Origin: a virus
Taxonomy: Duplodnaviria; Caudoviricetes
IMG/VR virus record: IMGVR_UViG_3300038492_000235
Span: 1 to 62,770 of that record
DNA: 62,770 nucleotides
Direction: 5' to 3' (one strand)
Positions within the stretch are counted from its first letter, which is position 1, and each line of letters opens with the position of its first letter. This document shows, piece by piece, positions 22,101-31,784 of the stretch. A program made the translations under genes and the position numbers. The notes beneath the pieces were generated by a model. That model saw only the letters and a list, made by a program, of their open reading frames with translations. It did no database searches and was not told the origin of the DNA.

Positions 22101-22876
22101 CAAATCAATTTAATATTGATACGGCCCCGACTAATCCGCTGAATGTCAATCAGAATTACTATGCCCAGGCGACTTATCTGCTTGTGAAAGATAGTGCAAG
22201 TAGAAAAGATGCGTTCCTGGTGACTGAAAAATCTGCTGACGATGGCTACAATTATCAATTAAGTTGCATCAATTATGATGATCAGTATTATCTTAACGAT
22301 AATATAAACTTATGGTTGCCGTTTGAGGAAGCTAGTTTCCGCGATCAAAGCCCAACGCCTAAAACGGGGACTGTGAATGGCGCGGGTTCAGTTATAACTG
22401 AAGTTGGTGGTCGGAACAAACATGTTTATCAAGGCACTGCGGTAATTGACAGCTATGCAATTGACACAGCATATAATTTTCCGGCAAGCTACTCAATTAC
22501 CTGCTGGTTAAATAAGACTGACTTCACGACTCGGGGTAGCATTTTGAATTCCCCGGATGGCAGCACTCAAATCTTCAGAATAGAAGCAACTACCGGTGAT
22601 TTAGAAGCGGGGCATGCCTCAGTTGTAGCGGTCAGTTCTGCATGGCCTGCGTCAGGTGCATGGCACCATGCCGCAGTTACATATGATTCAGCTACAAATG
22701 CTATAAAGTTATATATAAATGGTGCTGAAGTAGCAAGTTCAACAATAACTGGCGCGACTCTTGGAGACATGTCGGCATTTGCAGGATATATTGGACTGGC
22801 AGACGACTTAAGGCTATTTAACAGAGCTTTAACCGCTGCTGAAATTAAAGCAATCTATGACGCAACGGTGATCTAA
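19172..22876 (+). CDS. Tail tip/host-specificity protein with C-terminal LamG-like domain
   Basis: NNSLSGRSN...RIPDIFG...PDL hub motif; WHHAAVTYD...KLYING...DDLRLFNRALT at C-terminus. Confidence 0.9.
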   Translation: MQNVMFTANPLDTSAWELHQVSDIYTFLQEKLPEWPPSARIYREHVAESHDVTPTCEADVNALGDMDNLYVVVYPADPASIIISVVLSAAITAAAFLLRRDPEFPVDEQRVASSNNSLSGRSNKSRLNGRIPDIFGKIRSLPDLIAVPYRTYEDNQEVETAYLCVGRGQYEIPVDTVREGDTPINQIVGSSAVIYGPNASPNGGSVQATIGAAIADAVLSVVEANQVNGQVLNPPNDAAVIGTNNIRFTFPNIIELLAGANLDFTEKFANNDVLAITNAAFTGSIDNGVFTESMRFVSPNIIEFQTFDPSSNFQANDVIALFNTGSYTGPRKDLVIEIDDNMTFALDGTITVIGGGGFSGYLAGDNVVLLNAQYDDGSTAVDLDGTYEIATAPGGTTITLVSPATVNSDWNLIDNYAGDVTGTVNGVETTVNRPQGNLTTQLQGNYTISSVTPTTIVLSNPENVAAGWTNLTEYPNDRTEFETHDVALSGGNKSVNLNGSYTALSVSSNQITLDNPAGTNADWNELADYIADSTDYISPTISSSGDRWIGPFNVEVDTLEQIFTNFVARRGLYSIDDGGQQRSLAVEVELEVDSLTNGVPDGNPELFQVTINGSATLRTLRAATIRANPTFSGPMQIRARRITERDLEFDGTITDEIEWERAYGISPVSQSDFGDITTIHTRTRATSGALAVRRRELNAVVTRRVGLRISGDTFDTVLTATQDAAEILAAVLRDPVIGNRPVSQIDVDNIYDTIAEVETHFGTALARQFNYSFDETDFSLEQTIASIATACFCTAYRQGNIIKVSFEKATVDSTLLFNHRNKLPGSENRVVSFGRQNNHDGVELTYIDPNDGSTLYYLIPNDNTATNPRRVQTVGIGSQEQAYYHAWRAWNKIRYQNTTTQFTATQEAAATILLDRILVADNTRSDVQDGQVVRINGLLITTSQPVTFEGGETYTVFLQNTDGTVDVRVATEVIGQSNQFNIDTAPTNPLNVNQNYYAQATYLLVKDSASRKDAFLVTEKSADDGYNYQLSCINYDDQYYLNDNINLWLPFEEASFRDQSPTPKTGTVNGAGSVITEVGGRNKHVYQGTAVIDSYAIDTAYNFPASYSITCWLNKTDFTTRGSILNSPDGSTQIFRIEATTGDLEAGHASVVAVSSAWPASGAWHHAAVTYDSATNAIKLYINGAEVASSTITGATLGDMSAFAGYIGLADDLRLFNRALTAAEIKAIYDATVI

Positions 22877-23241
22877 TGGCAGAGCTTACAATTGTCCCGG
22901 ATCAGCGGGGCTACAATTTTATAGATGGCATTCACAATGTAATGCAGGAACTTGACGGTGGCTTTAACCGGATTCGCACTGACGTGCTTGATCCCTGGGC
23001 AACTGTGGATGTTCAATGGACGTTGAATAGAGAAGACTTTAATGCTTTAGCAACGTTTTACTATGATACGATAAATCAAGGTGCAGATCTCTTTGAATTG
23101 ATGCTTTATATTGATAGTCATATTCCGACACTGCATCAATGTCGAATTGAAGATACTACTTTTCAAATAGTTTCGCAGCAAGGGAACTCTTACACAGTTC
23201 GAGCGCGATTAGAAGTTAACCCAGAGGTCCACGTTCCGTAA
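22876..23241 (+). CDS. Distal/minor tail protein
   Basis: QELDGGFNRIR motif shared with the N-terminus of the next ORF. Confidence 0.65.
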   Translation: MAELTIVPDQRGYNFIDGIHNVMQELDGGFNRIRTDVLDPWATVDVQWTLNREDFNALATFYYDTINQGADLFELMLYIDSHIPTLHQCRIEDTTFQIVSQQGNSYTVRARLEVNPEVHVP

Positions 23242-24446
23242 TGGCACTATTCAGCATACCGCCCGATACAGATTCGTATGATTTTCGGTCAGGACATGGC
23301 ATTGAGTCAGTGCGCCTGGACGGAGGTAAAAGTCGTTTTCGTCGAGGATTTTTCAATCCTACTGCTCGAATGAATGTCCGTTGGCAATTCAAGGGTAGCC
23401 AGTACGATGATTGGAGAACCTTCTACAAGACTGCGCAGAATAACGGCACTGACTTAATGACCCTGGAACTTGTAGTGAGGGGGGATACCAGAACTCAACA
23501 CCTTTGCCGAATTATGCCGGGAACGGCTCAATTGGCCGGAGTTGAAGGTGAAACTTTTACTGTTAGTGCTCGAATTGAAGTTGATACGGTAAACGTATTC
23601 CAGGAATATACTCCGCCTGCTGGCGGGGATCAACTTCAGGTTCCGTGGTTTCAATTAATTAGGCAAGGAACGATCACCCAGGCGCTCAGTAATAATTACT
23701 ACCCTACGAAAAGTGCTACTTTCATTGGTGATGGAAACTTTAACCAATCTGGAACTGGTATTGAATGGGGGGTTGGAAGTCAGTATAATGTTGTTGATAC
23801 GCTTGGTCAAGAGGGTATTGAAACTGATCATGTTGGCGCTAGTTGGCCGAGATTACGATATGCCAATAGCAATGCCAGAGCATTAGCGAGATTGATATAC
23901 CCTCGGGACATGTTTACGGTAATGACTATTTGGATCAGGAACGGAACTTATAACGCTGGTAGATCGGGGATATTGTTTTCTGCTCCGCAGCAAACTGGAA
24001 ATCAGAGCACTTTTGACCTATCTATTTCTCAAACAACTGGATTACATACCAGTCTAAGAAATGGCGCTTCCCGTCCAGCTTACACATTAAGAGAGCATAC
24101 TGGCTCGGGTCCTGATTATCGTGGCGAAAGCCATATGTATAGCCTTGTTATTTCTCCAAGTTCTGCGCAAGGCACACCAGATGGACAGGTGTATTTATTC
24201 GTGGACGGTCAGGAAGTTGCAGCAGACACTACGACATGGGAAGAAGATAATTTTGTTGCTAGTGCTAATGACGAAAGACTCTCTTTGGGCAAGCGTAATC
24301 AAGCTACCCAAGAAGATAATGCGGATGGGATTAATCAAATGATTAACTTTTACTACATCCCAACGAATTTAGTGCCGACAAACTGGCGCGCAGATATCTT
24401 GGAAAACAATTTCAATTTCTGGAATACGACAGAGTTTAATTATTAA
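23241..24446 (+). CDS. Minor tail protein paralog fused to a beta-sandwich domain
   Basis: VRLDGGKSRFR N-terminus; C-terminal VYLFVDGQEV. Confidence 0.65.
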   Translation: MALFSIPPDTDSYDFRSGHGIESVRLDGGKSRFRRGFFNPTARMNVRWQFKGSQYDDWRTFYKTAQNNGTDLMTLELVVRGDTRTQHLCRIMPGTAQLAGVEGETFTVSARIEVDTVNVFQEYTPPAGGDQLQVPWFQLIRQGTITQALSNNYYPTKSATFIGDGNFNQSGTGIEWGVGSQYNVVDTLGQEGIETDHVGASWPRLRYANSNARALARLIYPRDMFTVMTIWIRNGTYNAGRSGILFSAPQQTGNQSTFDLSISQTTGLHTSLRNGASRPAYTLREHTGSGPDYRGESHMYSLVISPSSAQGTPDGQVYLFVDGQEVAADTTTWEEDNFVASANDERLSLGKRNQATQEDNADGINQMINFYYIPTNLVPTNWRADILENNFNFWNTTEFNY

Positions 24447-24463
24447 GCGAGGAGTATATAGAC

Positions 24464-24805
24464 ATGGTAAAGCAGTTTTTTCTCAACTTATTTGGTTCAA
24501 TCAAAGATTTCTACAATGCGATTGACGCAACGGTAATCGGCTGGACAAAAAAGAATCCCGGAATGCCCTGGCATTTTAGCGGTGCCTTGATCTTGTCCCT
24601 AATTGTATCTCCCTGGGGAACCATTGCTGCACTCGCAGTCCCGATGACGGTTCAAATCATCGTAGAACTATCGCAACACTATCTGACAGTTCGTTTGAAA
24701 ACAGTCAGAGACGCAATTGAGGATACCGTAGCTGCTGGTGTCGGAATATTCATTGCCCAAGGGCTATTAATGTGGTTAAAAGGATTTTTCAATGCCGCTG
24801 GATAA
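24464..24805 (+). CDS. Multi-pass membrane protein (possible holin)
   Basis: About three hydrophobic segments; RBS GAGGAG. Confidence 0.55.
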   Translation: MVKQFFLNLFGSIKDFYNAIDATVIGWTKKNPGMPWHFSGALILSLIVSPWGTIAALAVPMTVQIIVELSQHYLTVRLKTVRDAIEDTVAAGVGIFIAQGLLMWLKGFFNAAG

Positions 24806-25118
24806 AAGAGATATGGAGCGAATTGAGAGCCTAATTAAGGGCTCTCAAACGCATGTGGTTAATGAAGTATTAACCAATCTGGGAATTGACGCAAGGGATC
24901 GTGTCAAAACTCAAAAATTCTTCCACAACCTGCAACGGTTGTCGGAACAACTGGAAGACGGCCAAGTGCTCGATGATCTGCGCTGGGTCCATAGGTTTCG
25001 CACCAATTGGTCAAGCGGAACCATGCGCCTATTAGTGTTCATTGGAACTATGTTCGTTGGTGGACTAGGAACCGTGCTCGTTCTGGGCATTAAATCATAC
25101 TTAATGGGAACTCCGTAA
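24792..25118 (+). CDS. Membrane protein with C-terminal TM helix
   Basis: Single hydrophobic C-terminal segment. Confidence 0.55.
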   Translation: MPLDKRDMERIESLIKGSQTHVVNEVLTNLGIDARDRVKTQKFFHNLQRLSEQLEDGQVLDDLRWVHRFRTNWSSGTMRLLVFIGTMFVGGLGTVLVLGIKSYLMGTP

Positions 25119-25120
25119 GC

Positions 25121-26107
25121 ATGGCAACTTGGAAAGCAACACCTGCTACCATTAATACAGGCAGTGCGACTAACAGCACTTGGTTCACCTGGGCGGCTGA
25201 TACCGATCCAGATTGGCCGGGTGCCATTGGGAGTGGTGTGCTTGGGTTCATTCGCAATAGGAATGCTTCAGAGATTGAAATTGGATACCGGATGAAAGGT
25301 TCCAATGATGATACTGAAATGCGTTTTGAAATCCTTGGTGGCGATGATTTCATGGTTGGTATGTTCATTGGCACAGATCCAGTCGGCAACGAAATTGAGA
25401 TATACTCAACCAACTTTGCCGATATCGATTTCTATGTAGTGGCTTTCTTTGATCACGATGCCGTGTTTCTACAGGATAGTGTTCTGTTCACCACAACGCC
25501 AAGCACCTGGGACAATGTGGACTTCTCAGGAACAATACCTGCTGGTGCCGGAGCAATGATTGGGCTAATCAAGCCTACAGATACAACGAATTATATTGCT
25601 GGCACAAGGCATACTGATGAGAATACCCAAAGCTTCGAGGATACTATACCGAGAGGCGTAGGGATTATGCAGGCGCTTAATGCTAACCAGGAAGCTGAAA
25701 TCTGGAAGAATAACAACAATGCCCAGCTAAGGGTTGTGGGCTATACTCCGGGAGGCTGGGAGATTAATCAGACTTCCATGTCAGACATCTCAGTTCCAAA
25801 CGGTTTATGGCACAACCACGTAGCACATACAGGCAATACTGATGCCCTGGGCGCTATTCTCACTACTCAAAAAACTGGTGGTGGTGGACAGAGCTTTGCT
25901 TTCAGAGGACAGGGCGCGACTTATGATATCCAGGGATTCGTAGCATTTGGGCATTACCCAGTGCGGACAAATACGGGTAACGGAGAATTTGAAATACAGG
26001 GAGGTGGTCTTGATATTAAGACCTACTTCAACCTATATAATGTAGCTTATACACCACCTTCAGGTGGAGATCCAACCATCCATAGACGGAGACAAATGGA
26101 GATATGA
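25121..26107 (+). CDS. Putative virion/fibre-associated protein
   Basis: Beta-rich Gly/Thr/Asn composition, in structural module. Confidence 0.55.
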   Translation: MATWKATPATINTGSATNSTWFTWAADTDPDWPGAIGSGVLGFIRNRNASEIEIGYRMKGSNDDTEMRFEILGGDDFMVGMFIGTDPVGNEIEIYSTNFADIDFYVVAFFDHDAVFLQDSVLFTTTPSTWDNVDFSGTIPAGAGAMIGLIKPTDTTNYIAGTRHTDENTQSFEDTIPRGVGIMQALNANQEAEIWKNNNNAQLRVVGYTPGGWEINQTSMSDISVPNGLWHNHVAHTGNTDALGAILTTQKTGGGGQSFAFRGQGATYDIQGFVAFGHYPVRTNTGNGEFEIQGGGLDIKTYFNLYNVAYTPPSGGDPTIHRRRQMEI

Positions 26108-26111
26108 CGCA

Positions 26112-28643
26112 ATGGCAATCTTAAGACAATATAATGCAGCAACCACAATTGATTTTCCCCTTTATGAAACTACGGGAAATCCATTGCAAGCTGCTGCTAC
26201 CTTCGCAGCCGGTGACGTAACTTTTTCGATAGATGGGGGCGTTGAAGCTAATACTACAAATCTTCCTGCTGATGAAGGTCAAGGCTATTCTCTTGCCCTG
26301 ACCGCTGCCGAGTTAAATGGTGCTCGTATTCGCATCACCATTAAAGATTTGGATGGACCTGCCTGGATGGATCAAGTTATCATTATTGAAACTTATGGTG
26401 CAGTAGGTGCACAACATCCAAATATCGGAGCACCTGAAGTTGTAGTTGGGTCGCTAACGACTGCGGCACTTGACTCGATCCGTGATCACATGCACAATAT
26501 CAATTTCCAGTTTACACGGCCGCAAATTGATCCGTCTACTGGTATTTTTCGTGTTGGTGTTCAGATTATCGATGAACGCGGTGATTTACCAAGCACTGCT
26601 GAAATTAATCCTGGTGAAATTGCCATTGCAAGAAAAGCTCCTGGCGGTGCCGGATATATTGGAGTAGTTAGTGCTACTGCCATGACTGAAGTTGCCGGTG
26701 AAGTTTATATTCAACGGACAATGCCTGATTTTTACGCCGGAGATGTGGTTCGGGTATCCTTTACAAACGTGAATGTTGTTATCGATGGAGTTACCTATGA
26801 ATATGCCGGTGCAACTGCTCGCATTTTCTATACTCAAATCTACCGTAATGATCCTGATGAATTACTGTCAACAACTATCCAGACAGTAACCAGTCAAACT
26901 GAATGGATTCTTACAGATGGTGCGCCGGAAGATGATGTTTACAATGGCGATGCCGTAATCGTTACTGATAACGTTAATGGATTCCGAAAAGGAACCGCTA
27001 TTGTTGATAATTGGGATCAGGGCACAAGCACATTGACTTTGGTCGCTAATCCTGACTTCAGTGTTTTAGCTGACGATATCGTTCAGATCGTTCGTATTTC
27101 TCCGGTGCCGGTGGATACATTATCAACTGCTGCACTTGCTCAGATCAATACGGAAGTTCAAGCTGCTTTGACGGCTCATGGCCTTACTACAGGTCGCGCT
27201 GCATTGATGGATAATATGGATGCCCTTGTAAGTAGTCGCACAACACAGGCTGAAGTTGATGCCAGCTTGATTGCAATTGGGCTTGATCATTTATTATCTA
27301 CTTCAGCAGCAAATGGTGATGTGGCAGATAATTCTATTATGGCTCAAATTGTTTCAGGTAGCAGCCCGGCATCTTGGGCAAGTTACGATAACCAAAACAT
27401 GTCTTTAGAGACAATCAGGGGTGCCGTAGGCATTGGTCTTTTACAGTTTACTAATATTGCTAGTATAGTGACTGCGGACCTAAGCTTCACTTTAAATGCA
27501 GGTAGCACAGTAGATGATCAGTATAACGGTAAAACAATAATCATTATAGACGAAAGTGACAATACTGTTAAGTTTACTGGTGAAGTTTTAGATTATGTAG
27601 GAGGGGCAACTAAGCAGGTTACTTTAGTAAACGCTACAGATTTTACCATTGCTATAAATGATACAGTCTTAATTTTGGGATTTGAAGGACCTTCAAAGTT
27701 AGATGAGTTGCACGATAATCGGTTAACAAGTGGAAGGGCAAGTAATCTTGATAATCTTGATGTTACTGTATCAAGCAGGTCAAGCCATGCTGCTCCTGAC
27801 TTGACCAATTTAGATGTTGCAGTATCATCTCGGGCAACACAGGCTAATGTGGCAACGGAACTTGATACTAGGCGTTTGAATGAGTTATTCATCGCCGCAC
27901 TTTCAGGACAACCTGTAGCAGAATCTCTATTCGCCGATCTTACGGAAGATAATGGTGGAACTCAGCGATTTACTGTTGACGCTTTAGCAAACGGTCCCAG
28001 TGGTGGCGCTGGTGGATTTACAGCAGCAGATAGAACCAAACTTGATGATGTGGAAGCCAGATTAACACAACCAAGAGCGGATAACCTTGATAACCTTGAT
28101 GCTGCTGTCAGTAGCCGATCAAGCCACGGTGATCCTGATCTAACTAAGCTTGACGAACTGCACGATAATAGAATCACTGCTGGTCGCGCAGCTACTTTGG
28201 ATAATCTTGACGTTGCCGTAAGCAGTCGATCAAGCCATGCAGCACCAGACGTGTCAAATCTTGACGTTGCCGTAAGCAGTCGATCAAGTCATGGACCAGC
28301 CGCTGTAACAGCAGATATCGACGCTAACAGCACTCAGCTTGCTCAGATCTTAACGGATATTACGGTCAATCTGACCAATATCCAGGCTAATGCAACTCCG
28401 GCCGAAGTATTGGCTCAAATTGAAACTGCCCTGGCAACCACACTAAGATCTGAACTGACAGCCAAGCCGGGAGCGAACGTGACTATCATCGATGCCTTGC
28501 TCTGGGTGTTTGCGCTGGTTCGTAATAGAATCGAGTTTGACGGCACGACTCTACGCCTCAAGGCTGACGATGGCACTACTGATATTGCTACAGCAGCGCC
28601 GACCGATGATACAAGCACAGCGATTGTGCCGGAGTGGACCTAA
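26112..28643 (+). CDS. Large fibre-like structural protein with internal repeats
   Basis: Repeated LDNLDVAVSSRSSH units; duplicated DDxYNG domain; start taken at ATG 26112. Confidence 0.7.
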   Translation: MAILRQYNAATTIDFPLYETTGNPLQAAATFAAGDVTFSIDGGVEANTTNLPADEGQGYSLALTAAELNGARIRITIKDLDGPAWMDQVIIIETYGAVGAQHPNIGAPEVVVGSLTTAALDSIRDHMHNINFQFTRPQIDPSTGIFRVGVQIIDERGDLPSTAEINPGEIAIARKAPGGAGYIGVVSATAMTEVAGEVYIQRTMPDFYAGDVVRVSFTNVNVVIDGVTYEYAGATARIFYTQIYRNDPDELLSTTIQTVTSQTEWILTDGAPEDDVYNGDAVIVTDNVNGFRKGTAIVDNWDQGTSTLTLVANPDFSVLADDIVQIVRISPVPVDTLSTAALAQINTEVQAALTAHGLTTGRAALMDNMDALVSSRTTQAEVDASLIAIGLDHLLSTSAANGDVADNSIMAQIVSGSSPASWASYDNQNMSLETIRGAVGIGLLQFTNIASIVTADLSFTLNAGSTVDDQYNGKTIIIIDESDNTVKFTGEVLDYVGGATKQVTLVNATDFTIAINDTVLILGFEGPSKLDELHDNRLTSGRASNLDNLDVTVSSRSSHAAPDLTNLDVAVSSRATQANVATELDTRRLNELFIAALSGQPVAESLFADLTEDNGGTQRFTVDALANGPSGGAGGFTAADRTKLDDVEARLTQPRADNLDNLDAAVSSRSSHGDPDLTKLDELHDNRITAGRAATLDNLDVAVSSRSSHAAPDVSNLDVAVSSRSSHGPAAVTADIDANSTQLAQILTDITVNLTNIQANATPAEVLAQIETALATTLRSELTAKPGANVTIIDALLWVFALVRNRIEFDGTTLRLKADDGTTDIATAAPTDDTSTAIVPEWT

Positions 28644-28942
28644 TGGCATTTGATTCAAGACAAAAACGTATGAGCCTCATCAACTGGCGCACAGCCGGGA
28701 TGAGGCGACTATTGCCTATTCCTGACGGCTCCCTGGATACTGCCCAGGACCGCGCTATGCTGCTGGGCATGTATACGGGGATTCCGTTCCCAGCGCCCAG
28801 CACTGAGGTGATTGTGTCGCACATAATTGACAGTCTGGTTGTCCGGGCAACGAATGAAATTGATGGGTTATTTGTCAATGCTACTGATGAAGTAACCGGT
28901 ATTGAAATAAAATTAGCAAGTGAGGTAGATCTAAATGGCTAA
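28643..28942 (+). CDS. Small structural-module protein
   Basis: TAATG coupling; PIPDGSLD...DRAMLLGMYTGI. Confidence 0.6.
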   Translation: MAFDSRQKRMSLINWRTAGMRRLLPIPDGSLDTAQDRAMLLGMYTGIPFPAPSTEVIVSHIIDSLVVRATNEIDGLFVNATDEVTGIEIKLASEVDLNG

Positions 28943-29297
28943 CTTTACCGTGTCTAATGTCACTGCTGAAGTGATTATTACTAAGCCAGTCTACGAAAAT
29001 AACCCAGTTTTGCTTCGTGGTGTGCGAGTTTTGAACTTCGATTTGACCGGAGTGACCACAATTGAAGGAAAATATCGCAAACCTGACGGCACTGAAGGCA
29101 CTTTTACGAACAATGGAGTGATAAATACGCCCACAGCGCAGGCTGGCGGAGACACTTTTGACTTCCAAATTGCTCAAAACGAGCTTGATCAGGCAAGAGG
29201 GTCAAGGCAACCTTGGACGATTTGGTTCACCATTAGTGGTGTAACTGATACTGATCCGCTGACATTAAATGTCTTAAAGGCTGGAAATATCACTTGA
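28935..29297 (+). CDS. Small beta-rich structural-module protein (BppU-like possible)
   Basis: YRKPDG...FQIAQNELDQ pattern. Confidence 0.5.
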   Translation: MANFTVSNVTAEVIITKPVYENNPVLLRGVRVLNFDLTGVTTIEGKYRKPDGTEGTFTNNGVINTPTAQAGGDTFDFQIAQNELDQARGSRQPWTIWFTISGVTDTDPLTLNVLKAGNIT

Positions 29298-29364
29298 CAA
29301 GCGAGGCGAAGCGTCGTATACTGGTAGCTATGATTACCAGTATACACATAAAAGACCCTCCTTC

Positions 29365-29630
29365 ATAAGTTCAATAAAATCAATTGTTTGGCATACTCTG
29401 GCATACCTTGGCATACTTGTGTCCTACCGTAAGTTCAGGAAAAATACGCACTTGGCATACTTGGCATACCTTGGGCGACTTTGCCTAAGTAATTTGCCGA
29501 AATACTTTTTGAAATTTCGACAAGATATGCCAAGTATGCCACTCTCCTGTTTTTATTATACTTATCTCTTATTTTAAGTAGGGCAGAGTAGGACAGAGTA
29601 TGCCAATAGTAATAAAATCAACAAGTTACA
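29365..29630. repeat. GGCATAC iteron-like cluster, candidate replication origin
   Basis: Five direct GGCATAC copies 29390-29470 facing about three inverted (G)TATGCC copies 29525-29605; non-coding gap between structural and replication modules. Confidence 0.6.
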
Positions 29631-29648
29631 TGAAATGTCAATTAACAC

Positions 29649-29677
29649 TTGACAAAGGGTGTGCTGTGGGCTATATT
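29649..29677 (+). promoter_or_regulatory. sigma70-like promoter for the replication module
   Basis: TTGACA-N17-TATATT. Confidence 0.65.
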
Positions 29678-29779
29678 AACCGTAAGAATAAAGACGGGAA
29701 CTTCGAGTCTTCCGTCTTGTGAGCGCAGAGACAATCGCGCTGCTGTGGGCACAAAACTCCGGCAGCGCGGTTTTTAGAA

Positions 29780-30040
29780 ATGGAGATGAATTTGCCAGAC
29801 GATAATTTGAAGTTTCAATGGGAATGGTTATGTGAATGCACCTGCATTTGTTTTAAGCCGAGGTGTGTGATTACTATTACACAAGTTCCCGGTGAAGCCC
29901 TCATGGAGATGAGATGGTCAGAATCAGGGGATGTGTTTTATGAGGAAACTTTAAAAGGCAATGAGCGCGATAGAATTAGGCTTGCTAAAGCTCAGGCCAT
30001 GTCAAAATACCACAATCTTGTTTTGGGCATTCCGGTATGA
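29780..30040 (+). CDS. Hypothetical protein
   Basis: ORF coupled (ATGA) to the helicase gene. Confidence 0.5.
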   Translation: MEMNLPDDNLKFQWEWLCECTCICFKPRCVITITQVPGEALMEMRWSESGDVFYEETLKGNERDRIRLAKAQAMSKYHNLVLGIPV

Positions 30041-31500
30041 CTTTCAAAACCAAACCGTACGACCACCAGCTTGAACATTTCGAAGCTTCCCGAGCCGTAG
30101 AGTGGTTTGCAACTCTTTGGGAAATGGGAGTGGGCAAATCCAAAGTGATGATTGATATCATTTGCTGGTTATTCCTGGAAGGGTATATCAACGGTGTTGT
30201 GGTCGTGGCTCCTGGTGAAGTGCCCAGGAATTGGATAGCAGATGAGATTCCAATCCACGCATGGGAGGGTATCAATGTTGATGGTCATCACTACCAATCG
30301 CCCAAGTCCAAAACTAAATGGCATGCGGCCGCTTGCAAAAGAGTCGTTGATCATCCCGGCTTGTCGTTTCTAACGATCAGTTATGATGCGATCATAACAG
30401 CAAACGGTAAAAAGGTCGCAAAGCAATTTCTTCTAAAGCGCAAGTGCATGATGATCCTGGATGAAGCGCACCATATCAAAAATATCAAAGCAAAACGGAC
30501 GAAAACGATCATCGCAGCCGGTCGTTATGCGGCCTACCGTAGAGTTCTCTCGGGCACTCCTGTAGCACAAGGCCCGTTTGATCTCTACAGTCAATTCATG
30601 TTCCTGGACGAAGAGTTCTGGAAGCGCGAAGGATTTCCCAGCTTCACAGTATTTAAGCATTACTATGGCGTATGGCAAAAGCGAACCAATAATGCGACCG
30701 GCCACCAGTTTGATTACTGCGCTGCATACCGGAATCTTGACGAGTTGCAAAAGATAATTGCTCCATATAGTTCCAGGCTACTCAAAGACGACGTGCTTGA
30801 TTTGCCGGAAAAGATTTACCAAAAACGGTATTTCGAATTGACCAAAGAGCAAGAGAAATACTACCGTGCTCTCCGTGAAGATTTCATGGTCGAGATTGGG
30901 GAAACGGTAGTTGATGCGACAATGGCAATTGTCCGGCTTCTCAGGATGCAGCAAGTGACTTGTGGCTATATGGGTTACTATGACGACATGGATCTCGACG
31001 AGAACAATGAGCCCAAGCTAAAGATGAAGCACATGGATGGGAAAAACCCTCGTTTGGAGCTACTACGTGAGATCTGTGAAGAGGTCCATCATCAGGTAAT
31101 CATATGGGCCCGGTTCCGTATGGATATCGATCTCATATGCGAAGCCCTGGGCGATAAGGCGACTCGTTTTGACGGCGGTGTTTCTGCTGATCAGGCATGG
31201 CAAAACCAATTAGACTTCAAAGCTGGAAAATACCAATTCATAGTGGCTAATCCGGCAAAGGGCCAAGAAGGTTTAACATGGCACTGTGCCAAAACTGTGA
31301 TCTACTATTCGAATTCATTTAAGCTGGTTGCACGTCTTCAGTCTGAGGACAGGGCCCATCGCATCGGTCAAGATCAATCAGTAAACTACATAGATATAAT
31401 TGCACCTGGAACCTGTGACGAGAAGATTGTCGGCGCGCTTCGGGACAAAAAGGAAATATCTCAACTATTACTTGGTGATAAAATGTCGGAGTGGATATGA
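30037..31500 (+). CDS. SNF2-family (SF2) helicase
   Basis: EMGVGKS, DEAH, LSGTP, QSEDRAHRIGQ. Confidence 0.95.
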   Translation: MTFKTKPYDHQLEHFEASRAVEWFATLWEMGVGKSKVMIDIICWLFLEGYINGVVVVAPGEVPRNWIADEIPIHAWEGINVDGHHYQSPKSKTKWHAAACKRVVDHPGLSFLTISYDAIITANGKKVAKQFLLKRKCMMILDEAHHIKNIKAKRTKTIIAAGRYAAYRRVLSGTPVAQGPFDLYSQFMFLDEEFWKREGFPSFTVFKHYYGVWQKRTNNATGHQFDYCAAYRNLDELQKIIAPYSSRLLKDDVLDLPEKIYQKRYFELTKEQEKYYRALREDFMVEIGETVVDATMAIVRLLRMQQVTCGYMGYYDDMDLDENNEPKLKMKHMDGKNPRLELLREICEEVHHQVIIWARFRMDIDLICEALGDKATRFDGGVSADQAWQNQLDFKAGKYQFIVANPAKGQEGLTWHCAKTVIYYSNSFKLVARLQSEDRAHRIGQDQSVNYIDIIAPGTCDEKIVGALRDKKEISQLLLGDKMSEWI

Positions 31501-31784
31501 AATATGTATGGAAAACCCTACGGGCCATTTTCGGCCTTGCAATTCTTTTAATCCTGTTTGCTGCTACCATCGTTTTTGGAACGGTTGGTCTGGTATTGTT
31601 GCTGGCAACGTTGCTTGTGTTCGGTATTGGCGGAGTGCTGGTATTCACATTCTTCGTCTGGGCATCTATCGTCATTGATTTTCCGAAATACTATAAGGAA
31701 ATGACCCGGAAGGGTGAGGAACTTGTGGAATCAACTGATGTAGAAGCTGCGGTTCAGGTTGATATTGAAGCTGGTAAGAAGTAA
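31497..31784 (+). CDS. Membrane protein
   Basis: Long hydrophobic hairpin. Confidence 0.55.
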   Translation: MKYVWKTLRAIFGLAILLILFAATIVFGTVGLVLLLATLLVFGIGGVLVFTFFVWASIVIDFPKYYKEMTRKGEELVESTDVEAAVQVDIEAGKK

